DNA of 64,000 nt from Candidatus Spongiisociaceae bacterium (GTDB lineage: Bacteria; Actinomycetota; Acidimicrobiia; Spongiisociales; Spongiisociaceae). Shown piece after piece: positions 19,225-28,418 of the stretch (its first letter is position 1; each line of letters begins with the position of its first letter). The stretch is taken from positions 704,001 through 768,000 of the forward strand of contig CBDCOH010000002.1 of assembly GCA_965219685.1 (NCBI GenBank). The letters are read 5' to 3'. A model generated the notes under the pieces. That model was not told the DNA's origin, did not search any database, and saw only the letters and a list, made by a program, of their open reading frames with translations. Both the position numbers and the translations under genes were made by a program.

Positions 19225-19992
19225 ATGGGGGTGTCGGGGCGGGTGGCCGTTGTCACCGGGGCTGCTTCGGGTCAAGGCCGCGCCACTGCGTGTCGCCTGG
19301 CCGAAGAGGGAGCGTTGGTGGGTGCGATGGATATAGATCTCGCTGGCCTGGACGGTCTGGTCAACGAGATTTCCGCTATGGGAGGTCGGTGCGTCGCGCT
19401 TCCGGTCGACGTATCCGACCCATCTGCCGTTGGGGAGGCCTTCGATGAGATCGAATCCGAGTTGGGCCGCGCGTACGTGCTTGCCGCCGCGGCGGCAATC
19501 TACCCCCAGGCAGCTCTGTCGCACCTACGCGATCCCCGGGAGACGGCGAAGGTCTTCGATGTGAACCTGATGGGGGTGATCCACTGCGCGAGTGCCGCGA
19601 CCAGGCAGATGATCGATGAGGGCGCCGGAGGGCGGATCATCCTGTGGTCGTCGATCGGGGCAGGTGCCGTGATAGCGGGCCATGCCGCCTACTGCGCAGG
19701 GAAGGCGGCCATCGAAGGGCTGGGACGGGCGTTGGCGGCTGAGCTCGGTCCTTACGGCATCACCGTCAACACCATCGCTCCCGGAGCCATAGACACACCG
19801 ATGATCTCCGATGTACCGCCCGACCCTGCCTACTTCGAGATCCTGCCGGTCGGCCGGGTGGGTAGGCCCGACGAGGTGGCCCACCTTGTCAGCTACCTGT
19901 GTTCGGACGGGTCGGCATTCATGACGGGAGCCGTTCTGGCGCTTGACGGAGGCCTGAGCGGAGTCAACGGGGCAGTGCGGCCGGAACTCTGA
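19225..19992 (+). CDS. SDR-family oxidoreductase
   Basis: TGAASGQG, YCAGK, VNTIAPG and DGG motifs. Confidence 0.93.
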   Translation: MGVSGRVAVVTGAASGQGRATACRLAEEGALVGAMDIDLAGLDGLVNEISAMGGRCVALPVDVSDPSAVGEAFDEIESELGRAYVLAAAAAIYPQAALSHLRDPRETAKVFDVNLMGVIHCASAATRQMIDEGAGGRIILWSSIGAGAVIAGHAAYCAGKAAIEGLGRALAAELGPYGITVNTIAPGAIDTPMISDVPPDPAYFEILPVGRVGRPDEVAHLVSYLCSDGSAFMTGAVLALDGGLSGVNGAVRPEL

Positions 19993-20049
19993 CCTGACCG
20001 GCCGGGTGGCGCTGCGAACACTTACCCACTTCGACACGGAGAGGAACGC

Positions 20050-21069
20050 ATGAAGAACGCGGTTTCGGTTACCGGCCTCGTCCCAGCCGACCAGATCGGT
20101 AGAACCCTTCCCCACGAGCACCTGTTCGCGACCATGACCTATGCTTTCCCGGCCGCCAACGAGGACGCATACCGGCCCATAACCGTCGACCGGTTGGGCG
20201 AGATCCGCTCCGATCTGATGACCAACGTCAACAACATCCACCTCGACAGCAGTTGCGGCCAGGCGCTCGAGTTGAAGAAGGCGGCCGATGCGGGCATCGA
20301 CACGCTGGTCGAGTTGACCACCGAACCCATCGGGAGGAACCCGGAGAGGATGGTGGAGGTCTCCGAGTACACGGGGGTGAACGTGATCTCGGGCACCGGC
20401 CAGTACCTGGCTCACCACCAGCGTCCCTGGGCCCTGGCGGCCAGCCGGGAGGAGTTGGCCGAGCTTATGATCCGGGAACTGACGGAAGGCATCGGCAACA
20501 CAGGAATCCGCACCGGGGTGATCGGGGAGATCGGGCTCTACGAGCCGGTCCGTCCGGAGGAATTGAAGGTGCTCCAAGCGGCTGTTCTTGCCCAGCGCGC
20601 GACGGGAGCCCCGCTGTGGGTGCACCTGATGAACGTTCCGGTAGTCGACGATGCCTTGGCAGTGTTCGACGAGTACGAGCCGATCTATGAGAAGACCGCC
20701 TTCTGCCACATGGACTTCGACATCCGGGACCTGACATGGCATGAACGAGCGATGGACAGGGGTATCTCGGTGGAGTTCGACTTCTTCGGGTCCGTCTGGC
20801 TTGCCATCGACCACTACATCCATTGCCCGACCGACCCGCAACGCCTGGCGGTGCTGGCCGACTGGTCGGAGCGGGGCTATGCCGACCGGGTCCTGATCAG
20901 CCACGATGTCTGCAGCAGGGTGCAGTTCACCTCCCACGGAGGCTACGGATATGCCTACATCCCTACGATCGTTCCCCGCCTCATGGACCAGATGGGCATC
21001 GACAGGGAACTCCTGGACATCTGGATGATCGACACCCCGCGGCGCTTGCTGGCTTGGGCGGAAAGATAG
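20050..21069 (+). CDS. Phosphotriesterase-homology (PHP-type) amidohydrolase
   Basis: LPHEH, GVIGEIG (Glu in place of the carboxylated Lys), CHMD and SHD motifs. Confidence 0.9.
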   Translation: MKNAVSVTGLVPADQIGRTLPHEHLFATMTYAFPAANEDAYRPITVDRLGEIRSDLMTNVNNIHLDSSCGQALELKKAADAGIDTLVELTTEPIGRNPERMVEVSEYTGVNVISGTGQYLAHHQRPWALAASREELAELMIRELTEGIGNTGIRTGVIGEIGLYEPVRPEELKVLQAAVLAQRATGAPLWVHLMNVPVVDDALAVFDEYEPIYEKTAFCHMDFDIRDLTWHERAMDRGISVEFDFFGSVWLAIDHYIHCPTDPQRLAVLADWSERGYADRVLISHDVCSRVQFTSHGGYGYAYIPTIVPRLMDQMGIDRELLDIWMIDTPRRLLAWAER

Positions 21070-21071
21070 GG

Positions 21072-21169
21072 TGGTGAGTGGTGAGTGGTGAGTGGTGAGT
21101 GGTGAGTGGTGAGTGGTGAGTGGTGAGTGGTGAGTGGTGAGTGGTGAGTGGTGAGTGGTGAGTGGTGGA
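21072..21169 (+). repeat. Heptamer array (TGGTGAG)x13 + TGGTGGA
   Basis: Perfect tandem repeat starting 3 nt after the PTE stop codon. Confidence 0.98.
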
Positions 21170-21306
21170 ACGGTGTGTTCTCGGGCTTACGGATCCATAA
21201 GCTACAACCATAAGTAAAGGGTTAGCTCTCCATAGCCCGCATGCTCAGGGGGTTACTTGGTGGTTGGGCTGGGGATCGATGGTGGCGAGCCTGAGTTCAG
21301 GTACCG

Positions 21307-22395
21307 TTAGCGCCAGTCGAGGAGGACGCCGATCATGTCACGTTCTGCGGCGTCCAGATCGGCGAACGCGGTATCTATGTCCCCGGCAGGGTAGGTGTCT
21401 GTGTGCATGGCTCCGAGGGGAAGCCTGCCCCTCAGGTAGAGCTCGAACAGGTACTTGACGTTCGCAATCGACGTGAAGCGGGTCAGGCGCTTGGCCGGGT
21501 CCTCGTACGGTGCGTTGCTGGTTCCGAGGATCGACGCCTGCTTGTTGTAGAAGTCGGCGGAGAGCAACGGTCCGGCATCTTCGGGATGGAGGGCGATGGC
21601 GACCATGCGTCCCTGGTCGTCGAGGATGCGCATGCCCAGATCGAGCGGCGCCGGTCCCACCGCTGCTTCCACCACGATGTCGATCCCGAAGGGCTGGAAG
21701 CGTTCCATCAACGCTTCCTCGAAACCGTCCTCCGTGGGGTCGAGGACCAGCGCTCCCGGAAGTGCCGCCGCAGCCCGCTCGCGCCGCGTGAGATTGATTT
21801 CCAGACAGGTGAGGTAGGCGCCTATGGCGTCGGCCACCAGTGCAGCGCCCAAGCCGATCAGGCCCAGCCCGATCACCGCCACGTTGAGACCGGGGGTGAA
21901 ACCGCCCCGGCGGAGGGCGTGCAGCCCCAGGGTGGGGAGATACGCGAACGGTGCGATCGCGGTGGGAACCCCGTCGGGTATCTTGATGGCCTGCCACTCC
22001 CGGGAGTCGAGGATCGGCTGGTGCCTCGATTGGGAGAATACGCGGTCGCCTTCGACGAGTGTTCGAACACCGTCGCCGATCTCGATCACCTCTCCGACGA
22101 GGTTGTAACCGCAGTTGACCGGGTACTTGGCGCCTGAGGGCTGGTTGCGGCTGGTGATCCGGTAATCGGGTATCACCCCCATCCCCTCAGTGGTGGCGAC
22201 ATCGAGGTCGGCGAAGCTGTCCCACACCGACTCGACCATGGGATCCCCGCGGTACAGGCGGAGGGAGGTGCCCGGGCTGATGAGGCTGACGAGGGTGCGT
22301 ATGCGGACCTTCCCGGGTTCGACGTGGTCGGGGAGCGTGACGGGGGTCCACTCGAACCGGCCGGGTTCCACGATCAGAGGTCGGTCGACCTTCAT
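21307..22395 (-). CDS. MDR (zinc-binding alcohol dehydrogenase superfamily) oxidoreductase
   Basis: SLISPGTS, GYNLVGEV..IG, Rossmann GLGLIG; canonical GHE zinc motif absent. Confidence 0.82.
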   Translation of the reverse strand: MKVDRPLIVEPGRFEWTPVTLPDHVEPGKVRIRTLVSLISPGTSLRLYRGDPMVESVWDSFADLDVATTEGMGVIPDYRITSRNQPSGAKYPVNCGYNLVGEVIEIGDGVRTLVEGDRVFSQSRHQPILDSREWQAIKIPDGVPTAIAPFAYLPTLGLHALRRGGFTPGLNVAVIGLGLIGLGAALVADAIGAYLTCLEINLTRRERAAAALPGALVLDPTEDGFEEALMERFQPFGIDIVVEAAVGPAPLDLGMRILDDQGRMVAIALHPEDAGPLLSADFYNKQASILGTSNAPYEDPAKRLTRFTSIANVKYLFELYLRGRLPLGAMHTDTYPAGDIDTAFADLDAAERDMIGVLLDWR

Positions 22396-22411
22396 AGTCG
22401 TCCCTCTCCTT

Positions 22412-23440
22412 CTATTGGTCTGTCAAGTCGGGGTCTTCCGGGAAGTAGCAGTGCACCTCGTGGCCCTCCACCGGGATGTCCGCCGGGGGGAACTCCCCCG
22501 CGCACACCTCCTCGGTCTTCCAGCACCGGGTCCGGAAGGGACACCCGGTCGGAGGGTGCCGGGGGTTCGGAAGGGTACCTTCCAGGATGATCCGTTCGCT
22601 GCTCTTCGTGATCATCGGGCTGGCCGAGAGCAACGCCCGTGTGTAGGGGTGGAGCCGGTGGTCCCTCACCTCGGACACGGGTCCTTCCTCCACCTTGTGT
22701 CCCAGGTACATCACCGCCACGCGGTCGACCAGCCAGGAGACTGCCTGGATGTTGTGGCTGATCAGGATCACTGAGAGGCTGAGGGCATCGCGGAGCTCCG
22801 CGAGCAGATTGAGGATCTGGTTCTGGACGCTGACATCGAGGGCCGAAGTCGGCTCGTCGGCCACCAGCAGCGAAGGGTTCAGGGATAGCGCACGGGCGAT
22901 CGCCACCCGCTGGCGCTGGCCTCCCGACAGTTCGGAGGGGAGCTTGTCCGCCGCGTCCCGGGGAAGGTGCACCATGTCGAGTAGCTCTTGCACTCTTACG
23001 TCCCGTGCCGCCTTGTCGCCGACATCGTGGATGATCAGCGGGTCGGCCAGGGTGTCCTTCACCTTCAGGCGGGGGTTGAGGCTCGAGGTGGGATCCTGGA
23101 ACACGATTGCCACCTGCCGGGCGAAGTTGCGGCGGCGCCACCTGGCCGGCTGGGCCCACACATCGGTTCCGTCGTAAATGATCCGTCCCGCGGTGGGTCG
23201 GATCAGCCCGACCACGCAGCGGGCCACGGTGGACTTGCCGCATCCCGACTCGCCCACCAGTCCGAGGGCCTCGCCAGGGGCCACCGTCAATGAGAGATCC
23301 TCCACTGCGTGGACCTTCTGCCGTCTGGGAGCCCGGTAATGGTGGACGAGATTCTCCAACCGGAGCAGGACGTCAGGACTGGGGGTTGCTCTTTCCTGGC
23401 CGCCACGGACAGTGACGGTGGGGGCGGGCCGGGATGTCAT
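22412..23440 (-). CDS. Oligopeptide/dipeptide ABC transporter ATPase (OppF/DppF-like)
   Basis: GESGCGKS, LSGGQRQR, DEPTSALD, HPYT, C-terminal Cys cluster. Confidence 0.95.
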   Translation of the reverse strand: MTSRPAPTVTVRGGQERATPSPDVLLRLENLVHHYRAPRRQKVHAVEDLSLTVAPGEALGLVGESGCGKSTVARCVVGLIRPTAGRIIYDGTDVWAQPARWRRRNFARQVAIVFQDPTSSLNPRLKVKDTLADPLIIHDVGDKAARDVRVQELLDMVHLPRDAADKLPSELSGGQRQRVAIARALSLNPSLLVADEPTSALDVSVQNQILNLLAELRDALSLSVILISHNIQAVSWLVDRVAVMYLGHKVEEGPVSEVRDHRLHPYTRALLSASPMITKSSERIILEGTLPNPRHPPTGCPFRTRCWKTEEVCAGEFPPADIPVEGHEVHCYFPEDPDLTDQ

Positions 23441-24432
23441 CCGACGGCTCCTGCGTTTGCAGCGGTTCCTCCGACCGGGAAGTAGCAGGCCAGGTCGTGG
23501 CGATCGCCGACGGCCTCCAAAGGTGGGGGAGTCGTGATGCACGGGTCGCCGGCGTTGGCGCAGCGCTCGACGAACCGGCACCCGGGAGAGAACTCGAGGG
23601 GACTCGGAACAACCCCGTCTATCGAACGGGCGGGCCGCTCCTTCGCTTCCAGGCTCACGATCGAACCCAGCAGCCCCGCTGCGTACGGGTGCCGGGGATG
23701 GCGGACCAGTTCCTCGGTGTGGGCCGCCTCCACAAGCTGCCCGGCGTACATGACCATGGTGCGCTCGCACAACTCCTTCACCAGGGCCAGGTTGTGGGTG
23801 ATGAGGATGGTCGTGAAGGACAACTCGGCCTGCAAGGAACGCAACAGTTCGACTATCTGGGCCTGAACGGTCTCGTCGAGGGCCGTGGTGGGCTCGTCAC
23901 CGATCAGGATGGAGGGGCGGCGGGCGAGGGCCAGGGCGATGAGAACCCGCTGCCGCTGCCCCCCGGACAGCTGGAACGGGTAGGCGGCGGCTATGGCCTT
24001 CGGGTTGGGTAGGTGCACCAGCTCCAGCAATTCGTACATGCGCTCGCCCCTGTGGTCGCCGTCGAGCCGGAGCGCCTGCCGCAACTGGGCCTTGACCGTC
24101 ATACCGGGGTTCAGGCTCATCAGCGGGTCCTGGTACACCATGCCGATCTCCCGGCCCATCAGGTTGCGTCGCTCCGTGGGGGACAGCTTCAGTACATCCT
24201 GGCCCTTCCAACGGATGGAACCCGTGGCCTCCACCAGTCGCGGTAGCAGGCCGATGACGGACAGACCGGTCAGCGTCTTCCCGCACCCGGACTCGCCCAC
24301 GATTCCCAGGTTCTCGCCCTCCAGCACCGAGAACGACACCCCCGACACGACCGGCGTGTTCCCGTACGCATGCCGGATATGGATATTGAGGTCCTCGACC
24401 TCCAGGATCGGATTGCCCGCCGCTGCGTTCAT
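23437..24432 (-). CDS. Oligopeptide/dipeptide ABC transporter ATPase (OppD/DppD-like)
   Basis: GESGCGKT, YPFQLSGGQRQR, DEPTTALD, GCRFVERC. Confidence 0.95.
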   Translation of the reverse strand: MNAAAGNPILEVEDLNIHIRHAYGNTPVVSGVSFSVLEGENLGIVGESGCGKTLTGLSVIGLLPRLVEATGSIRWKGQDVLKLSPTERRNLMGREIGMVYQDPLMSLNPGMTVKAQLRQALRLDGDHRGERMYELLELVHLPNPKAIAAAYPFQLSGGQRQRVLIALALARRPSILIGDEPTTALDETVQAQIVELLRSLQAELSFTTILITHNLALVKELCERTMVMYAGQLVEAAHTEELVRHPRHPYAAGLLGSIVSLEAKERPARSIDGVVPSPLEFSPGCRFVERCANAGDPCITTPPPLEAVGDRHDLACYFPVGGTAANAGAVG

Positions 24433-25379
24433 CACTGCCCCAGCAAGTGCCGTCTGCCGCCGAGGCGGTCCGCCATGCTCTCCGCCACCGTATTTAGCGA
24501 CAGAACCGTGAGGAAGATGGCGAGACCGGGGAAAGTCGTGTACCACCAAGTGCCCGCTATCAGGTACTGGGAGCCGCCGTAGACCAGATTCCCCCAGGTG
24601 GGGGCAGGGGGAGGAAGGCCGGCTCCGAGGAAGCTGATGGAGGCTTCCAATATGACCGCGTCCGCCGCCACCAGCGTGAAGAACACCAGTAGAGGCGTGG
24701 CGATGTTCAGGGACACATGGCGCAGCAGGATGCGGAGTTGCGAACTCCCCATAGCCCTGAGGGCGGAGACGTAGTCCTCGCCCAGCTGGTCGAGGACCGC
24801 CGCGCGGATGTATCGGGCCATGATCGGGGTGTAAACAACGGTTAGGACCAGCAACAGGGTCCGGAATGACTGCCCGAATGCCGACGACACCACCACGGCC
24901 AGCACCACGGCCGGGAACGCGAACTGTATGTCCACCAGGCGCATCAGCACGTCGTTGATCCACCTGAGTCTTCGATTCCGGGATGTGGAGGCGGCCACCA
25001 TCCCGATCGTGCCTCCCAGGATCAGGGCCAGCACCGGGGTCATGACGGCCACGAGAGCCGACATCCTCGATCCATGGATCACCCTGGACAGGATGTCCCG
25101 TGCGATCTCGTCAGACCCGAAGATGTGCTCCGGCCAATCGGGGCCCGTGTTGGGAGAGGTCAGGCCCACCGTGTAGGGGTCGTAGGGAGACAGCCAGTGG
25201 GCGAAGATCGCAACCAGCACTACGAACACCACCCAGGCCAACCCCAGCTTGGCCCGGAATGGCAGCCTTCCCATCTTCACCGGACCAGCGGGAGCAGCCT
25301 CCATCGCAGCTTCCACCGACTTGGGGCCGAACCTGATCCGAGGCCGGCGCCGGGGGTTGGAGTCGCGTGCTTCACTCAC
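24432..25379 (-). CDS. ABC transporter permease (OppC/DppC-like)
   Basis: H.FGSDEIARDILSR, EAA-like loop, SFLGAG..PP.PTWG. Confidence 0.94.
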   Translation of the reverse strand: MSEARDSNPRRRPRIRFGPKSVEAAMEAAPAGPVKMGRLPFRAKLGLAWVVFVVLVAIFAHWLSPYDPYTVGLTSPNTGPDWPEHIFGSDEIARDILSRVIHGSRMSALVAVMTPVLALILGGTIGMVAASTSRNRRLRWINDVLMRLVDIQFAFPAVVLAVVVSSAFGQSFRTLLLVLTVVYTPIMARYIRAAVLDQLGEDYVSALRAMGSSQLRILLRHVSLNIATPLLVFFTLVAADAVILEASISFLGAGLPPPAPTWGNLVYGGSQYLIAGTWWYTTFPGLAIFLTVLSLNTVAESMADRLGGRRHLLGQ

Positions 25380-25380
25380 G

Positions 25381-26349
25381 TTACGAACTCTCGCGGGCGC
25401 TCGGTTTGAAGATGATGAACGCCACGTCGGCGGCCAGGTTGGAGAGGACGAACAGCAACGCGCCGACCATCGCGATCCCGGTAACGATGTTGAAGTCGCC
25501 GGTCGTGGCCGAATCGATCATCTTCCAGCCCAAGCCGCGGAGGTTAAAGACCCTCTCGACCAGCACCACCCCGCCCAGGATGTAGCCGGCCTGCAAGCCG
25601 AGCACGGTCAACGGGGCCACCAGCGCGTTACGGAGCACGTTCTTGCGGACGATCACGCGGTCCCGCAGTCCCATCCCGCGCGCCGTACGTACGTAGTCCT
25701 TCTCCAGCTCGTCCAGGACCGAAGAACGCACCACGCGGGTCAGGAATCCGCCTACGGGAAGGGCTATCGACAATGAGGGGAGGATGAGGGACCTCAACCA
25801 TCCGATTCTGTCCTCGGAGAAGGGCACCCAGCTTCCTGCGGGTAACCACGTGAACCCTATGGGGTTCGCTAGGGCGAATGTCAGGATTAATAGCAGAGCC
25901 AGCCAGAAGATCGGCATCGAGAGCACGCCCAGCGTCACCGCCCTGACCGAGGAGTCCCACCAACTGCCCGCGAAATAGGCGGAGGTCACCCCCAGTACGA
26001 AGGCGATGAGCGTAGCGAGGAACAGCGAAGACGCCGCCACCGACAGCGAGATCCCGATGCCCTCGCCGAGGATGGCCAGGACGGGCCGGTCGCCATAGAC
26101 GCTCAAACCGAAGTCGCCGGTGGAAAGGTCGCCCAGGTACCGCCCGTAGCGGATGAGTACCGGATCGTTGAGCCCGAACTCCTCGGCGAGTTGCTCGCGC
26201 GCCTCGTCGCTGGCGTACAGTCCCAGACCGGCGTAGCGGGCGTCGACGGGAGAGAACTCAAGCATCACGAACACGTAGAACGTAATGCCGATGACGACAG
26301 GTAGGGCCTGGAGGAGACGTTGCAGGACGAGCCTACCCACGTCTCCCAT
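25381..26349 (-). CDS. ABC transporter permease (OppB/DppB-like)
   Basis: GDFGLS, SMPIFW, DYVRTARGMGL and VERVF motifs. Confidence 0.94.
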   Translation of the reverse strand: MGDVGRLVLQRLLQALPVVIGITFYVFVMLEFSPVDARYAGLGLYASDEAREQLAEEFGLNDPVLIRYGRYLGDLSTGDFGLSVYGDRPVLAILGEGIGISLSVAASSLFLATLIAFVLGVTSAYFAGSWWDSSVRAVTLGVLSMPIFWLALLLILTFALANPIGFTWLPAGSWVPFSEDRIGWLRSLILPSLSIALPVGGFLTRVVRSSVLDELEKDYVRTARGMGLRDRVIVRKNVLRNALVAPLTVLGLQAGYILGGVVLVERVFNLRGLGWKMIDSATTGDFNIVTGIAMVGALLFVLSNLAADVAFIIFKPSARESS

Positions 26350-26419
26350 CAGGCCCTACCAGCGACGAGCAATATCAATGTGATACGGCTCCGTTCCTGT
26401 ATCGGTTACTGCCCGGAGA

Positions 26420-28156
26420 TCACATTCCCGAGGGATGGACGCCGAACATGGTCATGCCGAGCGTCTGGGGCATCTGGTAACCGGCTACCGACTTGTGCCA
26501 AGCATGAGCGATCGGCTGGAACAGGATCGGAACCGCTCCTGCTTCGGTGACGAGTATCTCGTTGGCCTGAGCGTACAGATCGTTCTGCTTGTCGAAGTCC
26601 GGTTCCTCCAGCGCTTCGTCGAGGAGCTCGTTGAGCCTTCCTGGTACGCCCGGTGTGGCGAAGCTGGCGTTCTCGGCCCAACCGCCCCACCAGCCGCGGA
26701 ACAGGTTGTCCGGGTCGTAGGTGAACACTTCGAAGCCGATGGTGGCCACCCAGGCGTCGTACCGGGCGGGACCGCCGTCTTCAGGCCGCATGATGTCGGA
26801 CACCCAGCGGGCATCGATCGAATCGACCAGCAGCAGCGGGTCGAAACCGCCCTCCTGCATAGTCTGGGCCAGCAGGGGTGCCTGCGGGTAGACGTACGCC
26901 CACTCCACCACGCCCAACTGGAACTGCACGGGCGCAGTGTCCGGGTCGTAGCCGGCTTCCCTCAGCAGTTCCTTCGACTTCTCGGGGTCGTAGTTGTACT
27001 GCATCTGCGGTTCCCTGAACCGGTCGCTCTCCGGAGGGAGCGGCGAGCGGGCAATCCGACCTTCGCCTGCCAAGCCGATTTCGATCAGCTGCGGTGCGTT
27101 GATGGAGTACATCACCGCCTGGCGCACCAGCTGGTTGTCGAAGGGAGGCTTGGTGGTGTTGAAGAAGATCATCTCGAGGAACGTGGTCTCCCGAGCTACG
27201 CCCAGGCTGAGGTTCGGCGAGTCCTCGATAGCCCGGTAGAGCTGCGGCGACACGCCGTCCAGGATCTGCACTTGGCCGGCCTCGGCCTGGGCAATCCGGC
27301 CCGAAAGTTCCGGGATGACCAGATAGGTGATGTCCTTGGCCGCCAGGGGCATGGGACCCTCGTATCCGTCGTACCGCTTGAAGGTGTTGATCTCGGTGTC
27401 GAACGGGCCGTCAACCATCATCGAACCCGACGAAGGAGTCGGCGCGAACGAGTAGTCCATGCCTCCCATCGCCTCGACGACCGCCTCCGGATAGGCGTTG
27501 ATACCGGAGATCCGCTGGAACAGGACGTCCTCGGGCATCCGTTGGGTGAGGTTTATCCGCAACTCGTCGTCGGCAACGACCTCTACCGATTCGATGAAGG
27601 AGATGTACGACGTGAAGGGCGACCCCAACTCCCTTTCCGGCGCCAGGCGGTCGAATCCGTACGCGATGTCGGAGGCCTTGATCGGCGAGCCGTCGGTGAA
27701 CGTCCGGTCTGTGCGCACCTTCACGCTATAGGTGGTGCCATCGACCTGCTGGGGCATCTCGGCCGCCAGGCCAGGAATCAGTGACCGATCGGGCAGCTTG
27801 ATCAACAGACCCTCAAAGGTGTGCTGACCCGAGGCGAGCGCGCCGCCGGTGGTCCGGTTGTTGTCGAGCGAGATCCAACCACCCACCTGTGCGAGGGTGA
27901 TGCTCTCGAACTCCGCGGGAGCGTCCGCCATCATCGCCGTGGTCGTGGTCTCCTCCATCGCCGCGGTGGTATCCGGCGTCTCTTCGGCCATCGCCGCAGT
28001 CGTTGCCGGCGCCTGGGTGGTCGCGGGGGCTGCGGCCGTGGTAGCGGCGGGCTCGTCATCCCCGCACGCGGCCAACACGGTCGGCGCAACTGCGCCTACC
28101 CCGATAATCAATCCACTTCGCTTGAGGAACTTTCTGCGGTCCATCGGCTCGGTCAC
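26420..28156 (-). CDS. Family-5 ABC substrate-binding lipoprotein, Tat-exported
   Basis: DRRKFLK twin-Arg signal, LAAC lipobox, Ala/Thr-rich linker, PFDNQLVRQA, YDPEKSKELLREAG. Confidence 0.92.
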   Translation of the reverse strand: MTEPMDRRKFLKRSGLIIGVGAVAPTVLAACGDDEPAATTAAAPATTQAPATTAAMAEETPDTTAAMEETTTTAMMADAPAEFESITLAQVGGWISLDNNRTTGGALASGQHTFEGLLIKLPDRSLIPGLAAEMPQQVDGTTYSVKVRTDRTFTDGSPIKASDIAYGFDRLAPERELGSPFTSYISFIESVEVVADDELRINLTQRMPEDVLFQRISGINAYPEAVVEAMGGMDYSFAPTPSSGSMMVDGPFDTEINTFKRYDGYEGPMPLAAKDITYLVIPELSGRIAQAEAGQVQILDGVSPQLYRAIEDSPNLSLGVARETTFLEMIFFNTTKPPFDNQLVRQAVMYSINAPQLIEIGLAGEGRIARSPLPPESDRFREPQMQYNYDPEKSKELLREAGYDPDTAPVQFQLGVVEWAYVYPQAPLLAQTMQEGGFDPLLLVDSIDARWVSDIMRPEDGGPARYDAWVATIGFEVFTYDPDNLFRGWWGGWAENASFATPGVPGRLNELLDEALEEPDFDKQNDLYAQANEILVTEAGAVPILFQPIAHAWHKSVAGYQMPQTLGMTMFGVHPSGM

Positions 28157-28418
28157 GGCCTACTCCTCCTCCTGAGCGAGCACATACAAAAAATGGCCGC
28201 ACGCACCGAAGCGGGCGACCTGACTGAACATCTTATGCATGAGAGGGCGAACCGGCAAACCAACTCCGAATCGGGCAGCTTCAAACTGCCGGGCTCTCCA
28301 TGAAGGGAGCACCGGGTCGTTAGGTGAATGTAGGTGAATTCGGCAGGACCGCTCTCGCATCGCGTGCGCGAGTTGCGTATGCTGGCGCCCGCCGAGAGTA
28401 CGAGCGTCGGGGTGTTGA

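Noticed and set aside
21072-21169. Heptamer arrays as CRISPR arrays
   Set aside because: Units are 7 bp with no unique spacers, and there are no cas genes in the window.
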